A stretch of 59,897 nt of DNA, the filler included, from Dugesia japonica (taxonomy: Eukaryota), in NCBI GenBank assembly GCA_001938525.1. It is 5 parts of 5 records of this genome, joined end to end, with 100 filler letters (N's around TTAATTAATTAA, not from the genome) between each part and the next. Parts side by side here need not be neighbours in the genome. Positions count along the whole stretch, not along the records: positions 18,795 to 29,768 come from MQRL01596560.1; positions 29,869 to 47,266 come from MQRL01594727.1; 3 more parts are not named here. One strand, given 5' to 3'. Within the stretch, counting starts at the first letter, position 1. Each line of letters begins with the position of its first letter. Positions 25,147 to 37,335 of this stretch are shown piece by piece. A program made the position numbers and the translations under genes. The notes under the pieces are model-generated. The model saw only the letters and a program-made list of their open reading frames with translations. It was not told the origin of the DNA and did not search any database.

Positions 25147-25312
25147 TAGAATTCATTAAAATAAAAGCTTCGATCAAGATATTTTTTTTGATAATAATTC
25201 TAATTTTCGACTTTGTCTTTGTCCTGACAAAGGAAAAGTCAAAAATTAGAATTATTATCAAAAACTAAAAAAAAACAATTTTGTTCGAAGCTTTTATTTT
25301 AAATGAATTCTA
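25147..25312. repeat. Inverted pair of PLE pLTR-like repeats with degenerate hammerhead cores (long hairpin)
   Basis: Arms tagaattcattaaaataaaagcttcga.. / ..tcgaagcttttattttaaatgaattcta; the centre has gacaaagacaaagtcgaaaatta-like sequence on both strands. Confidence 0.75.
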
Positions 25313-25699
25313 TAAAACGATCAATCAAATAAAATGGGAAATGATTACAGAAGATAATATTTTTATCACAAAGAAAATACTCTAAAATATTCTAATATTT
25401 TTAGAAAATTGACAAACGATTGGTAATAATATGCAACAATTAGGAGATATAAATAGTTTACGTGTGGGCAATAAATCTTTTGTAGACGACTTACTTTTCA
25501 GAAGATAATATTTTTATCACAAAGAAAATACTCTAAAATATTCTAATATTTTTAGAAAATTGACAAACGATTNNNNNNNNNNNNNNNNNNNNNNNNNNNN
25601 NNNNNNNNNNNNNNNNNNNNNNAAAAAAACATTAACTGAAATATGTAGCAACAAAAATTTATAATAAATGTCATGGTAAAGCTCCTCCAAAAGTAGAAT

Positions 25700-27840
25700 T
25701 TCTACTGCCTGATGATTGTTTTTGCTGTGGAGAAACAAACCATAAAAGTATAAACTGTCCTTTAAAGAAAGATGTTTAATATGAGGTAAAGAAATCAAAG
25801 CTTTTAGAAATTTTGTATTATTACAAAGAAAACAATAATAAAAGAATATTATATATAGCAGAACAAGAGAAGAAAGAAATTTTAAATGAATGTGACTCCT
25901 TAATTAATTTTAAATATGATGTATTCAATGCCTTAAAAAATAACGAAAAAATGTCCAGTTACCCGCTGTGTCCATGTTGTCAATGAGGTTGGATTAAAGA
26001 ATTTTAAATAGTAAAATTGAGATATTGATNNNNNNNNNNNNNTTAAACTGATGTATCAAAAACGTGATGGTAGAAATTGGAAAAGTTTAAATTGTAATGG
26101 AATTAGTGTAGAGATTTTATGGAATTCTGGAGCGTCTGTCTCAGTGATAAATGAAGAAATTCGGAAAAAGATTGGTTCACAAAAAATTCAATTCTCAAAT
26201 ATAATGCTGAGAAAAGTGAAAAATGCATAGAAACAGCCAGAATTAAATTATTTTTTGGAATAAAAAGCATATATAGAGAGAAATTACAATTATTAAAGAC
26301 AATTGTCTAAATTTTGTTGGTGATATTGATATAATGAAAGCTTTTGGAATTGGAATAAAAGAAATCAATTTCATAGATTCAAAATATGTTATATGCAAAA
26401 ATAAGAAACATAATAATAAAAGCATTAATAGACTCAAGCTAAATGCCAGCAATAGAATAATTTAATTACTTGATAAATATGACCACATATCTATGAATTC
26501 AAAATTTGATGTAGAGTTAACAAATGACAATGCGTAACATAAAAACTAAAGGAGAACCCGTAGTAATAAATTGAAGAAGACAACCAAAGCATTTAGAAGG
26601 CAAGATAGACAAATTAATTCAAAATCTATTATCAGCAAATGTTATAATACCTTGTCAAAGTCCATGGAATTCTCCATTAGTGATTGTTCCAAAAAAATGG
26701 TTCTCTCAGAATGTGCTTGATTTTGGGAAATTGAATTTGCTAACTGAAAAATATTCATTTCCTGTTCCAGATATAAATATGTTATTGGATAGACTAAATG
26801 ACTATGTTTTCTCATCAATTGATCAAGGACAGGCGTATTATCAAATTGAATTAACTGAGAAGTCAAAATTAAAAACAGCTTTCAGCATAGAAATGAAACA
26901 ATTTGGTTTCAATCGCATGCCATTCGGATTATGCACTACTCCTGCAAAATTTCAAGAATTAATGCATACAATTTTCAACAAGATGTTATTTACTAGAGTA
27001 CTCGTTTATCTTGATGACATTTTAAGTTTTGGTCAGTCACCAGAAATTCATGATAAACATTTACAAAATGTGTTGAAACTAATTGAAAAATCTGGTATCA
27101 AAACTAATCCTGAAAAATTTATATTTACTGTATTAAAACTCAAATTCCTTGGTCATACAATCATTTCTAAAGGTGTTGAAACCAATGATAACATTATTAA
27201 TAAAGTAAAAGAGGCTTTTTTCCAAAATGTGCAACAAAAATTTGCACCTTCTTAGGATTGACAAATTACTGCTGTAATTAAAGATTATTAATTACTTAAT
27301 TGATATTAATAATATATTAATTACTTAATTAATTAATTAATTGCTGTTATTAAAGATTACGCAACAATTACCACTTCATTATATGTAGCAATAACTGGAT
27401 GAAAATAAATCGTCAAGTAGATTGAAGAATGTGACAGCAGTTTTAAACTACTAAAAGAAAAATTATGTAGTTCTCCAATCTTGGCATTTCTGAATCCTCA
27501 AAGCAAAATGATATTATATACATACTTAAGTTTCTATCCAATTGGTGGTGTTTTGAGTCAATTGTCGAGAGATGGTGTGGAAACTGTTATTGCTTATGCA
27601 TCTCGTAATTTGAATGATCATGTAAAGGGTTATTGTGTGGCGTTACACGAATTTATGATTTATTTTCAGCATTATCTTTACGGAAAACGTTCATAGCCAG
27701 AACTGACCATAAGGTATTAGTGTTCATGAACAAGTAAACCAATTGATTTACAGTTCCAGACGTAGATTACAAACCAAGAAGAATTTGATTTTGATCTTCA
27801 ATTTTGTAAAGGCAATGCTGATGGATTATCAAGAATAGGA
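25700..27840 (+). mobile_element. Degenerate Ty3/Gypsy retrotransposon (gag knuckle, protease, RT, RNase H)
   Basis: CFCCGETNHKSINC; ILWNSGASVSVI (protease DSGA-like); SPWNSPLVIVPKK, FSSID, KTAF, RMPFGL, YLDDIL; RNase H GGVLSQ..VIAYASR..RTDH. Frameshifted. Confidence 0.9.
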
Positions 27841-27842
27841 GA

Positions 27843-28150
27843 ACGTTTGGGATCGGAAGGAACTGTCGTTCCGTAACTGCGTTTAGATTTCTAAAGTCCG
27901 AGCAAAGTCTCACACGATTTCTTTCTTTCTTCAAGACGCATATCAGGGGTGTGCTCCACTGCGAGTCACATTTTCTTATAATAATAGCGTCCACTTAATT
28001 TTTTTTGACCGTATCTATTTTTTCTTTTAGATTCATGGGTTTTCATCAAGGCTTAGTATTTATTGAATTACACTTTGTCTCTATGTTGTATTCAGCAAAA
28101 GTTGTGCATGTGACATCCCAGTTATCTGCCACGAATACTCCTTGAGCCTA
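27843..28150 (-). mobile_element. Second Gypsy fragment (RT N-terminus), opposite orientation
   Basis: ADNWDV..IIRKCDSQWSTPLICVLKK..VRLCSDFRNLNAVT..PIPN; shares ADNWDV with the 41-44 kb element. Confidence 0.8.
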
Positions 28151-28377
28151 AAGATTATTGAAGAGAGTCATGTGTGAAGCATTGATNATTAGATCAATAT
28201 TTTCATAAATAATTGTTCAAAATGGTCTTTCTAAATCTTTATTGAATGTTTTTAATTCATTTGATTTATAGAAGAAATTGAGTAATTGTTTACATAATCA
28301 GAATTCTTTTATGTACAAGCATTTTTTAAAAAAAATGAAAAAAGTAATATATATTGTTTCAATAAAGAATTTTCAAA

Positions 28378-28812
28378 AAAGAATCAAATTATCGTATCCG
28401 AAGATGGCAGATATTCTGTCAAAACATGTAATACAAAAATATATATTTAAATGGCGTTTCAAAGTTTTTATTATTATTATTATAGATTATTTATTACATT
28501 GATTATTGCTGATTATTTATTATATTACTTACTTATGGTTATTGATTATATTTATTATTATTTATTTATATTGATTATTTAATATATTATTTACTATTGA
28601 TTATTTATTATAAATTCCGATTATTATTATTATTGATAATAATTCATTATATTGTTTATTGATTATTTATATTGATTGTTTAATATACTAATTTTATTGA
28701 TTATTTATAATATTTTAATAACATTTCTGAAGCGCCATTTAAATATAAATTTTTGGATTAAATGTTTCGCAAGAATATCTGTCATCTTCGGATACAATAA
28801 TTTTATTATTTT
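28378..28812. mobile_element. MITE/foldback with ~95-bp inverted arms and an AT-rich repetitive core
   Basis: gtatccgaagatggcagatattct..tttaaatggcg is inverted at cgccatttaaa..agaatatctgtcatcttcggatac. Confidence 0.75.
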
Positions 28813-28974
28813 TTAATTGTTTATCATATTTATTACTGGCCATAGTTTTGTTGAATGAAACAGAAAAGAAAAGAGAATAAATACGTTTCTAATATATTTA
28901 ATTTTACAATGCTTGTGAATATACAATAGTTTTTGTTGTTCGATTGTTCGTGTGGATTTAAAGATTGCTTGGAA

Positions 28975-29180
28975 TTTTTCGATTTTAAACAAACAATCAT
29001 TTACATTTATATATATATATATATATATATAATGTAATCATATTAAAATATAATAGGTGTATATGAACATGTCTGGATTCGAATGCAACATTGTATCAAA
29101 ATTTCAAGGTAATCAGTGAAAAACATTCCGGAGTTTATCAATTTTAAACAAACGAACATTTACATTTTTATTTATATAGA
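28975..29180 (-). mobile_element. Non-autonomous Helitron-like 5' fragment(s)
   Basis: Minus strand begins TCTATATAAATAAAAATGTAAATGTTCGTTTGTT; partial internal duplication at ~28980-29010. Confidence 0.4.
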
Positions 29181-29768
29181 TTAATAAAAATTATTTATTA
29201 TATTGATTATTGTTGATTATTTATTATTCGCTATTACTTGTTGACTATTACTTTAAATATCAAAATTAAATTTATTAAATTTCTATTAAAAATAACTAAT
29301 TTTATTGAAATATAAAATTCTTGTAAAATAAAGACAAATTCATTTTATCAGTCATAAAGATTTTTGAGAATTTTTCACAAAATAAACAATTTAAATTATT
29401 TTAAAATCAAATATTCAGGATATCGCGTAAAAACAAAAATTTCCAGAGAAATTTGAAAGTTACATTTTGTTAAATAAACAGCTAAATCATTCAAAAATAA
29501 ATTGTTGTCAAAAAGCAATAAATAAAACAAAGTAACATAAAATTCCAAATCAAAACGCAAAATATCAATGACATATCTTGTTGAAAGTATAATGTATTTT
29601 CAAAGTGAATTTTTTCGTTGAATTTCTTAATTTTATCTTTTATTTTATCTAAATTTTTATTTAGATTTATAATCCGAGTTTTCAAAAAAAATTATGATTT
29701 GACATTGTGTTTGTATTTTTTCAAATAATAATAAGAAAACGTTCTGTCTGTAATTAGGGAATCTTTGA

Positions 29769-29868
29769 NNNNNNNNNNNNNNNNNNNNNNNNNNNNNNNN
29801 NNNNNNNNNNNNTTAATTAATTAANNNNNNNNNNNNNNNNNNNNNNNNNNNNNNNNNNNNNNNNNNNN
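29769..29868. other. Artificial contig spacer
   Basis: 44 N + TTAATTAATTAA + 44 N. Confidence 0.95.
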
Positions 29869-30105
29869 AATATAATCTTACCTGATTCCAAATAAATAAA
29901 TTCTACAATATTAAATAAAATTGAATGCAGTATTTCCCAAATATTATTACTAATTAAATAAATTACTTTCATTGAGAATTGTTTGGAAATGTTTTACTAA
30001 AATATTGAATAAATTTTATATAATTAATTTTGTTATAATATTGACGTGAAAAATTTATTTGAAAATGAATTCCAATAACGAAAACAAAATAAAAAAATAT
30101 TATTA

Positions 30106-30545
30106 CACAGTGTATTCAAAACGTTCTGGGACTGATTTTGCAGAAATCAAAATTCATGTTCTAAAACATATTTCACAAAGCAAATGACATAAAATTTGCT
30201 TTTTGCCTGTTTATAAAACAAATTTTATTTGTTATGTTCAACATACATCCCTTTCATCTCTATACATGTCTTACATAGTTCATACTATCGCTGGAAGGTG
30301 ACTTAATAGTTACCTTTTAGAAATAATTTCAGAATGTTTTTTATATTTTTAGAAATTGTGTGAATTTTATCCAAACGCTCTACTATAAGGGCTGTTTTGA
30401 GTTTCGGAAAGAGAAAGCAGTCTGTTGGTAAATAGGGTGGGTGTTTGATCACGGAGACAATTTTCTTTGCTAAAGTCGCGAAATGCTAAGTAATGAATGT
30501 GTAGATGCATTGCAGAGCAATATGAACAGTTGAGGGATATGAACG
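30106..30545 (-). mobile_element. Mariner transposon 3' part (transposase C-terminus plus TIR), interrupted at 30546
   Basis: VIKHPPYLPTDCFLFPKLK resembles HPPYSPDLAPxDxxLF; TA|CACAGTGTATTCAAAACGTTCTGGGACTG terminus. A probable N-terminal HTH part resumes after 33616 (RRISIKLLSEDVYLS). Confidence 0.75.
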
Positions 30546-31398
30546 CACTGGAAAACCTAATCCAGGATTAGTGATATATATGTAACTTAATCTTTGTGTT
30601 TTTAGTTAGGATACATATTTGCCCGTAAATTATATAATTATGTAAATTTCATTGTCGAGATTTTAAGAAATCGGATTAGGTTTTTTAGTATTTTTCCTGT
30701 TTTTAGTTGGGAATAATTTTTCAAAGCTTTTTAGTTGTAAAAAAAGTTTTATTGTATTTTTTATTGTTATTCTGTTGAACAGCCTAATTTGTTTAAATAT
30801 TTAATTTTTGAATGAAATTTTTATAGGAATCTGGGTGAACAACCCCTATTTTTGAAAATTATTTTTTATTCTCATACTTTAAAGACTTTTATACCAAACT
30901 GCTTAGACTTTTACGGGGATCATTTTAGGTTTTTACTATATTTTAGAATTTGTTGAAAAACTTTTTTGTCATCTTTACATGAAATAACCATATCTATTAG
31001 AAAGAGAATTACTTGCTGATAATGATGGTTACAATTTAAAATGGCCTGGTGGAAATAAATGAAGTAGAGAAAAGAAGTAGATAGAGGATGTTTAGGTCAT
31101 TACGAATAACATGGTTTAAAATATCAAAACCGTATACATAAAGCAAGCACTTTATTTGAAAGTTTCCCTCTATGAATATAAAATTAATAAATGTATAAGT
31201 ATACAACTTAATAAAAGGATAGTTAATTTTGTAACTTACATTTCTTTGATAAAAACCTGATGCGGACTATATGATTAATTTTGTTGTAGGTTTGAAAATA
31301 CTAAACAATACAATTAATTTTAATTAACAAATAACAAATCATTATCTTAATAACAGTTGGACTGAATGTGAGTCGTCTTTATTACATTGTGGTATTTT

Positions 31399-32580
31399 CT
31401 AATGCCCATATGGTATAAATAGATTTGTATCTACCCATATTTGTTTATCGTTTATGTAAGTAAAAGCTACTTTATGATTATAAATACTAAACAGTTGATG
31501 GTATTTACTACAAATTCTAAATTGCTTAACTGAAACCTTTTAATTATTTTTATTAAATAATATCAGTTATGACTGATGGTTTATTTTGATAATTTTTAAA
31601 GTTTTTCACTTAACATTCATAGAAACCTTTTTCACTAAGGAGATTGTAACATTTCGGCCTCAAATAAAAATCCCATTATATATCTTCTTATATTATATCT
31701 TATAATTTTAAACTCATCTTTAAATGTTTCTGCAACAAAATTCAAGTCATTATTGAAAAGTGGATTGTTTTACTATAATATGTGTCTAACAACTTATCAC
31801 GTATCATTAAACCTAACAATTTATCTAACCTAGTGTTTTTAACTTGTAAACGGAAGATGTATGTGTCCCTAGCAACAATACTTATAGAGCAATTTTCCTT
31901 CTTAAAATATTTCTCTAATTCAATATATTGAAGCTGGTACATACTAAGCTTAGACACATCTAGTAAAGATTGTCAAATATGACTCAGACGATACAAACAA
32001 ATAACTTCCTTATTAAACTGATAAGAAATCAACTTATTATCGATTTTTAAAGTTTTTCTAAAGTTCAGTTTGGAAGTATTCAGCTTTTTAGCAGAGTTAC
32101 AGAGATGAAGATTTATTATCTTCTTAAGAGTTCCAACCATTTTACTATTAAAACTATTTTTAACCAACTCATTTTTACTTTCTGACCTTAATGCAGTGTT
32201 GTCATCTACATAATCCTTATATATAATATTGACAACATTTTAAAGCTCTATGAAGTTTAGTCACTTCAACTCTTATTTATAAATACAATTGAAGTAACTT
32301 CCAATATATTACATAGTGTTTTTTAGGGTAAAGAGTTATTAATAATTTTTTGATTTTAGTACCTGGTATAAATAAATCTAAAAGCTCCAATCGTAAAGAA
32401 TTTTTCAGGAATTCAAGTTAGTATGAAACCACTCAAAGTTCTTATAAGGAATCGTTTGGCGTAAAACCCAACCCTATGAATTATTAATATTTATATATAA
32501 AAGCTCGGTATATAATCTGCAACTACTTAGTGCTTATTTACAAAAGTAAAAACTCATCTGATACCACCTACAATCACTAC
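31399..32580 (-). pseudogene. Protein-primed family-B DNA polymerase (Polinton/Maverick/adintovirus type), polymerase domain remnant
   Basis: LLYININNS*GWVLRQTIPYKNFEW (motif A, YLDANNLYGWAM), KNSFNSKM (motif B, KLxxNSxYGK), LLDVSKLSMY, ARDTYIF (motif C, YTDTDS), LRPKCY, NDKQ..IPYGH (DDKR..PYGH), in the expected order. Catalytic residues are degenerate. Confidence 0.85.
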
Positions 32581-32699
32581 CTTTTATTAGTTACGTGACG
32601 ACTAGCCTGTTTAATTGTATGTGGATCTAATGAAGCTTTAGAAATTTAAGACAATTTTATAAATAATCAACTTTTTTATTGTTTATAGACTGCAATAAA

Positions 32700-32836
32700 C
32701 AATAAAATATATTTTGTGTATTGAATATTACAATACCACCACTATGTTTTGATATTTCTGTGTATAAATTATTAAAGTCTTTTTCCTTATTGGCTTAATA
32801 CAAATCGTTAACAACAATTACATCACCAGATTTTAA
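32700..32836 (-). pseudogene. Polinton-type FtsK/HerA (A32-like) packaging ATPase fragment
   Basis: DVIVVNDLY*..NLYTEISKHSGGIVIFNTQNIF resembles Walker B hhhhDDL, LFTkgsHH and sVifitQnlF. Confidence 0.65.
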
Positions 32837-34486
32837 TCTCTCCTTTTAATAGTAATAAAATCCATTAATAATTGTCATTTTTAAATCACAAAATGATGAT
32901 TGATTTGAATTAAAATAATTAAATACTTTTCTATATAACTTTTTATGTATAAGGTTTTAAAATTTAAAGCCATGTAATTCGTAATGACCTAAGCATTTTC
33001 TATCTAATAATGTTTTGATGTTCAAAATTCAGTTACTTCTCATGTTTTCCAAAAAGGAATAATTCTTCAGAAGAGACTCCCAAATTAAGTACTAAGTTAT
33101 AACCATTATTATCATCAAATAACTCTCTATCTAATAAATATGGTTATTTCATGTAAAAATGACAAAAACGTTTTTCGCAAAATTCTATGTAACATATTGG
33201 AAAAACCAAAAATAATCCATGTGTAAGTCTAAGAGGTTTGGAATAAAAGTGTTTGAAATACTTGAATAAAAATAATTTTCAAAAATAGGGGTGGTTCCTA
33301 TAAAAATTTCATTCAAAAATCAAATATTTAAACAAATTGCACTGTTTACCTGAGTTTCAGTAAAAAAATCAAATAAAAAGGTTTTACTAACTAAACCATA
33401 GTAAAAATATTAAAACACTTAATCTGATTACGGAAAGTCTCAACGATGATATTAATCCTGATTATATAATTTGTGTGCAAAATATTTTTCCTAACTAAAT
33501 ACATAGAAGAAATATTTAATCCCATTACCTAATATGATGTCATTTTTAAATTCCCAACTAGAAGCATAGGGATTAACTTCAATTACACCACTAATCCTGG
33601 GGGGTATTTCAGTACGTCATGTTTGATAGCAAAAACGCATCCATCGCTAAGATAGACATCTTCTGACAACAATTTTATGCTAATTCTGCGTGTTTCAGCT
33701 AGTATAGTGCTGAAATCTACATTTTTTTTGAATTTTTCTCTATATTTTAAATTATTGATTAATAAATTAAAGATTTCGTATTATTTATTGGAAATATTTA
33801 ACAAACATTGTAGAATGTATGAAATTTTCCAATTTGAAATTACATAATCACATCACATTTATCTCAAATCTTCTAAACTAAACCGAGATTTAAATAGAAA
33901 AATTAGATTCCAACTATCAAATTGTTTGAGGTTTCTAATGGAAATATTGGTGAGATTAATATGGCTTAATTATTCTAATATGAGAAAAGATTTGATGATT
34001 AAATTTACAAAGAATTGCAAAGTATTCAAAGAGGATAATATATTGTTCACATCTGTAAAATCTATTAGCATTCATTCAAGGTTTAATTGATGCCCCGAAA
34101 AGTTATGCCCTAATAAATATCTCGATTAACATAAAGTAAAAAATATATCTTTTAGTTTAAGTTTTTACTCTTTTTGAAAAATACAAAATACAGGTTGATC
34201 GCATATGCAATCTAAGGTCACAGACATAGAGAGAAACGTTCAAGTAAAAAAAAGTTAGATAATTGCCATCGTAAACTTATTGAATTTTAACGTTATGCAT
34301 TAGAATTTATTATTAATACTTTTCATAATTTTTGTATGTAAATTAATCTATGGAATAAATAACTCTAAAAGTCATAGAATAATTAACGAATAATTTGTGT
34401 AAAATAACTTTATTAAAATATAAAATAAATTATTTAATATAAAAGCTTAGATCAAAATTTAGGTTTTAATTATTGATATTAGATAA

Positions 34487-34523
34487 CAATTCGATATTTC
34501 GACCTTGTCTTCGTCAGGAATTG
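34487..34523 (-). ncRNA. Minimal type I hammerhead ribozyme
   Basis: CAAUUC-CUGACGA-A-GAC-AAG-GUC-GAAA-UA-UC-GAAUUG: perfect 6-bp stem I, intact core, 3-bp stem II, palindromic AUAU in place of stem III, AUC cleavage triplet. Confidence 0.8.
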
Positions 34524-35989
34524 ACTTTTTTTTCTTTATAAAATAAATTACTTTCATTTGTGATTGTTTCAAATCTTTCATCTAAAATATTAATTTTTAT
34601 TCTGTTGTATTAGTTTTACAATTACAATTATTGAGAGAATAATTGTTGGACAATTAACCATTTGAGATTTCATTTAAATAAAGTAATAGTTTCTATCAAA
34701 TTAAATTGTTGGTTTAAAGATATTCAAACTTTCGACGATAAAATAAGATTGTTTATATTTAACTAGAATATTATTGGTTTATTTAAATTATAAATTTAAT
34801 TTTAAATTTAATCTGAAAATGTTCAATTAAATTGAAAAAATCTCCTAAATGATTAATTGTAAGTTGTGTTTTGTTATTTTTTTATTTAATTTTTTTATAT
34901 TTAAAATTTTTTATAATTTTTTCAATTATAATTATGATAAATAAAATTTTATTCAATTTAATTTTTATTATTATTATTGAATATTATATTATTTTTTAAA
35001 ACTATTTAAATTATTATTTTATTTTAAATTTTTTGTTGTACTAATTCATTTAAACAATAAATTATCTAGTTATTATGTCGTATTGTTAAGAAAAAATTGT
35101 ACAATATTATAAGTATAAATCGTTTCACAAATGATTTATTTAAAAGAATTACTTTTTTCATTCATCATTTCTTTTATCTCTTCAAATAAATTTCTCATAT
35201 CTACAGAAATGAAAAAATTATAAAGAAAAAATATAATCATTGCTAAATTTCTTTAGTAAAATATAAAATAAATTACTTTCATTTGTGATGATTTGAAATC
35301 TTTCGACTAAAATATTTAAATTTATTTTTAAATTGTTTTAATAATTTATAAAATCTATAAATTTGTAAATAATTCAAACAATGATGCCGTTAAAATAAAA
35401 GAAAATTTATGGAATCTAGAAAAATACAGTTCTTTTGCTATTACGGATTGAACGTTTTAACTTGATTTTAATATGATATTTATTAGTTTATCTAAAATTT
35501 ACAAGAAATTTCAGTAAATTTCAACTAATTTGTGGAGTTAATTAAATGAAATTTATTTTAAAATTTTGTTGGATTAACTTATTTAATTTTAGTATAAATT
35601 TTAATTAAAATACTTTTTCCGGCTGACTTTTAGAGACAATTTTTGAATTATTTTTTCTGAATACTATGATATAACATCTCATTCTAAGCAGTCTTTTACA
35701 CAGAATCTGAATATCATACTTAAAATTAGTAGATAAATAGGAGCGACTTGAGCCATCTCCACCCACTTGACTAAACCATGAGAATAATTTTTACGTAATT
35801 TTAAGTAATCAGATTAAATGGTTCAGAAAATTTTTACAGTTGTCTGAATATTTCCTCGTCAATTTTCATTGAAAGTTTCTTCGGTTGAAAAAAAAATCTT
35901 CAATTGATAATTTATATTTAATATTAGAACTATTATTTTTAGACATAATTTATTTCATAATTAACAGAGATAACTGATAAGATAAATAT

Positions 35990-36405
35990 AAGTATACTAT
36001 CTTTCGTGAACTTTCTCAGTTATTTCATAAGAGTATTAAAATCTATCTTGGCTTTTATTTCATGTTTCTACTTCGATGAGGAAAAATTGACATACTTTGA
36101 ATTCTCTAATAGTAGTCACGTATCAAATGTTTTTTTAGTTCTATCTGAAACTTCTGACTCATAATATTTTTCTTTGATAATTTTCTGTCCAAAAACCTTC
36201 ATCGTAAATTTTATTTTCCGGTAAAAAATCTGCAAAATATGTGGTCTTTCTCTCTTTAAGTGTTGCATTAATAAAATCTCAAATTATCCCAAATTGTCTT
36301 TCAATTTGCCGTTTACACCGTGATTATAAGGACTCAAAAATCAAAGTTTAATTTTTAGCTTCTATTCTTTCATAATTTTTGATTCAAAGACTTTTTCACA
36401 GTTGT
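35990..36405 (-). mobile_element. Gypsy integrase C-terminal remnant related to the 41-44 kb element
   Basis: Nucleotide similarity to 41075-41480 (ttagttctatctgaaac.tctgactcata; aagtgttgcattaat). Confidence 0.7.
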
Positions 36406-37192
36406 CAAAATTGACTGGAAATGGTCAGAAATGTCCTCAGAATGAACGAATCAGAGTTAATTTGGTAAGCAATTTATTGTCTTGGTTGAATTCGGTTTGT
36501 TATGGTGAAGCTCGAGTAATTTATGTTGATTTTTGGTTGAATTTAGTTAACATTTTACTCGGTATAATACAATTTTGGTCGCGTTTAGTTAAATCTTTGC
36601 TCATAATGGCCGATACTGGTTGGTTTTGGTCGAAAGTTAGCTCACAAATATTAAATTTTGTTTAATATGGTTGATTTTGGTACTTAATGCGGGTAAATTC
36701 TCTCACGAAAAATTAGAGTATCCTACGATAAATATTAAAATTGTACGTTTTCATATGAAAAAATGTATCTCAAAATTGATAATGGACTCATCTATTCAAT
36801 AAAGAACTCTACTTTGAGTAACAATAATAGTTAAACATAATATATACAAAAATTTTACGTGGCTATGTAAGTGACTTATTGCTTGCTGCTGAACAACAAA
36901 TTGTACTAAAGTTAAAAACTTATTATTAACACATCAGCCTAAGAAAAACTATGTAATACATTGGAGGTTACTTCAGTTGTATTTACAAATATTGGTTGAA
37001 GTGACTAAAATCTATAGAGCTGTAAAATGTAATCAATATTATATATTTAAGGCATTAAGGTCAAAAGGTATAAGGCTAATGATCTGTCAGTCTAATAATC
37101 AAAGTAAACTTAACTTTAACAAGTTTTATGTCTGTGGTTACCACTAAAAAACTAAAAATCCCCCTTTACTAGATAGTCAAGATCCGCCCCTG

Positions 37193-37209
37193 ATTATTAT
37201 CATTAATAA

Positions 37210-37274
<65 letters not shown>

Positions 37275-37335
37275 NNNNNNNNNNNNNNNNNNNNNNNNNN
37301 NNNNNNNNNNNNNNNNNNNNNNNNATCATTATTAA
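37193..37335. repeat. (ATT)n microsatellite spanning a gap
   Basis: Directly visible. Confidence 0.9.

Larger units (their letters stand above)
30546..33614. mobile_element. Non-autonomous long-TIR DNA element (CACTA/EnSpm-like termini) with Polinton-derived cargo
   Basis: TIRs ~30546-31145 and ~32940-33614 (e.g. acccctatttttgaaaatt / aattttcaaaaataggggt; ttaggtcattacgaat / attcgtaatgacctaa). Ends CACTG..CAGTA, flanked by CG on both sides. Confidence 0.75.

Noticed and set aside
25350-25572. Exact ~70-nt direct repeat
   Set aside because: Ends at an N gap; probable scaffolding artefact. The repeat at ~18495-18694, which ends at a spacer, is doubtful for the same reason.
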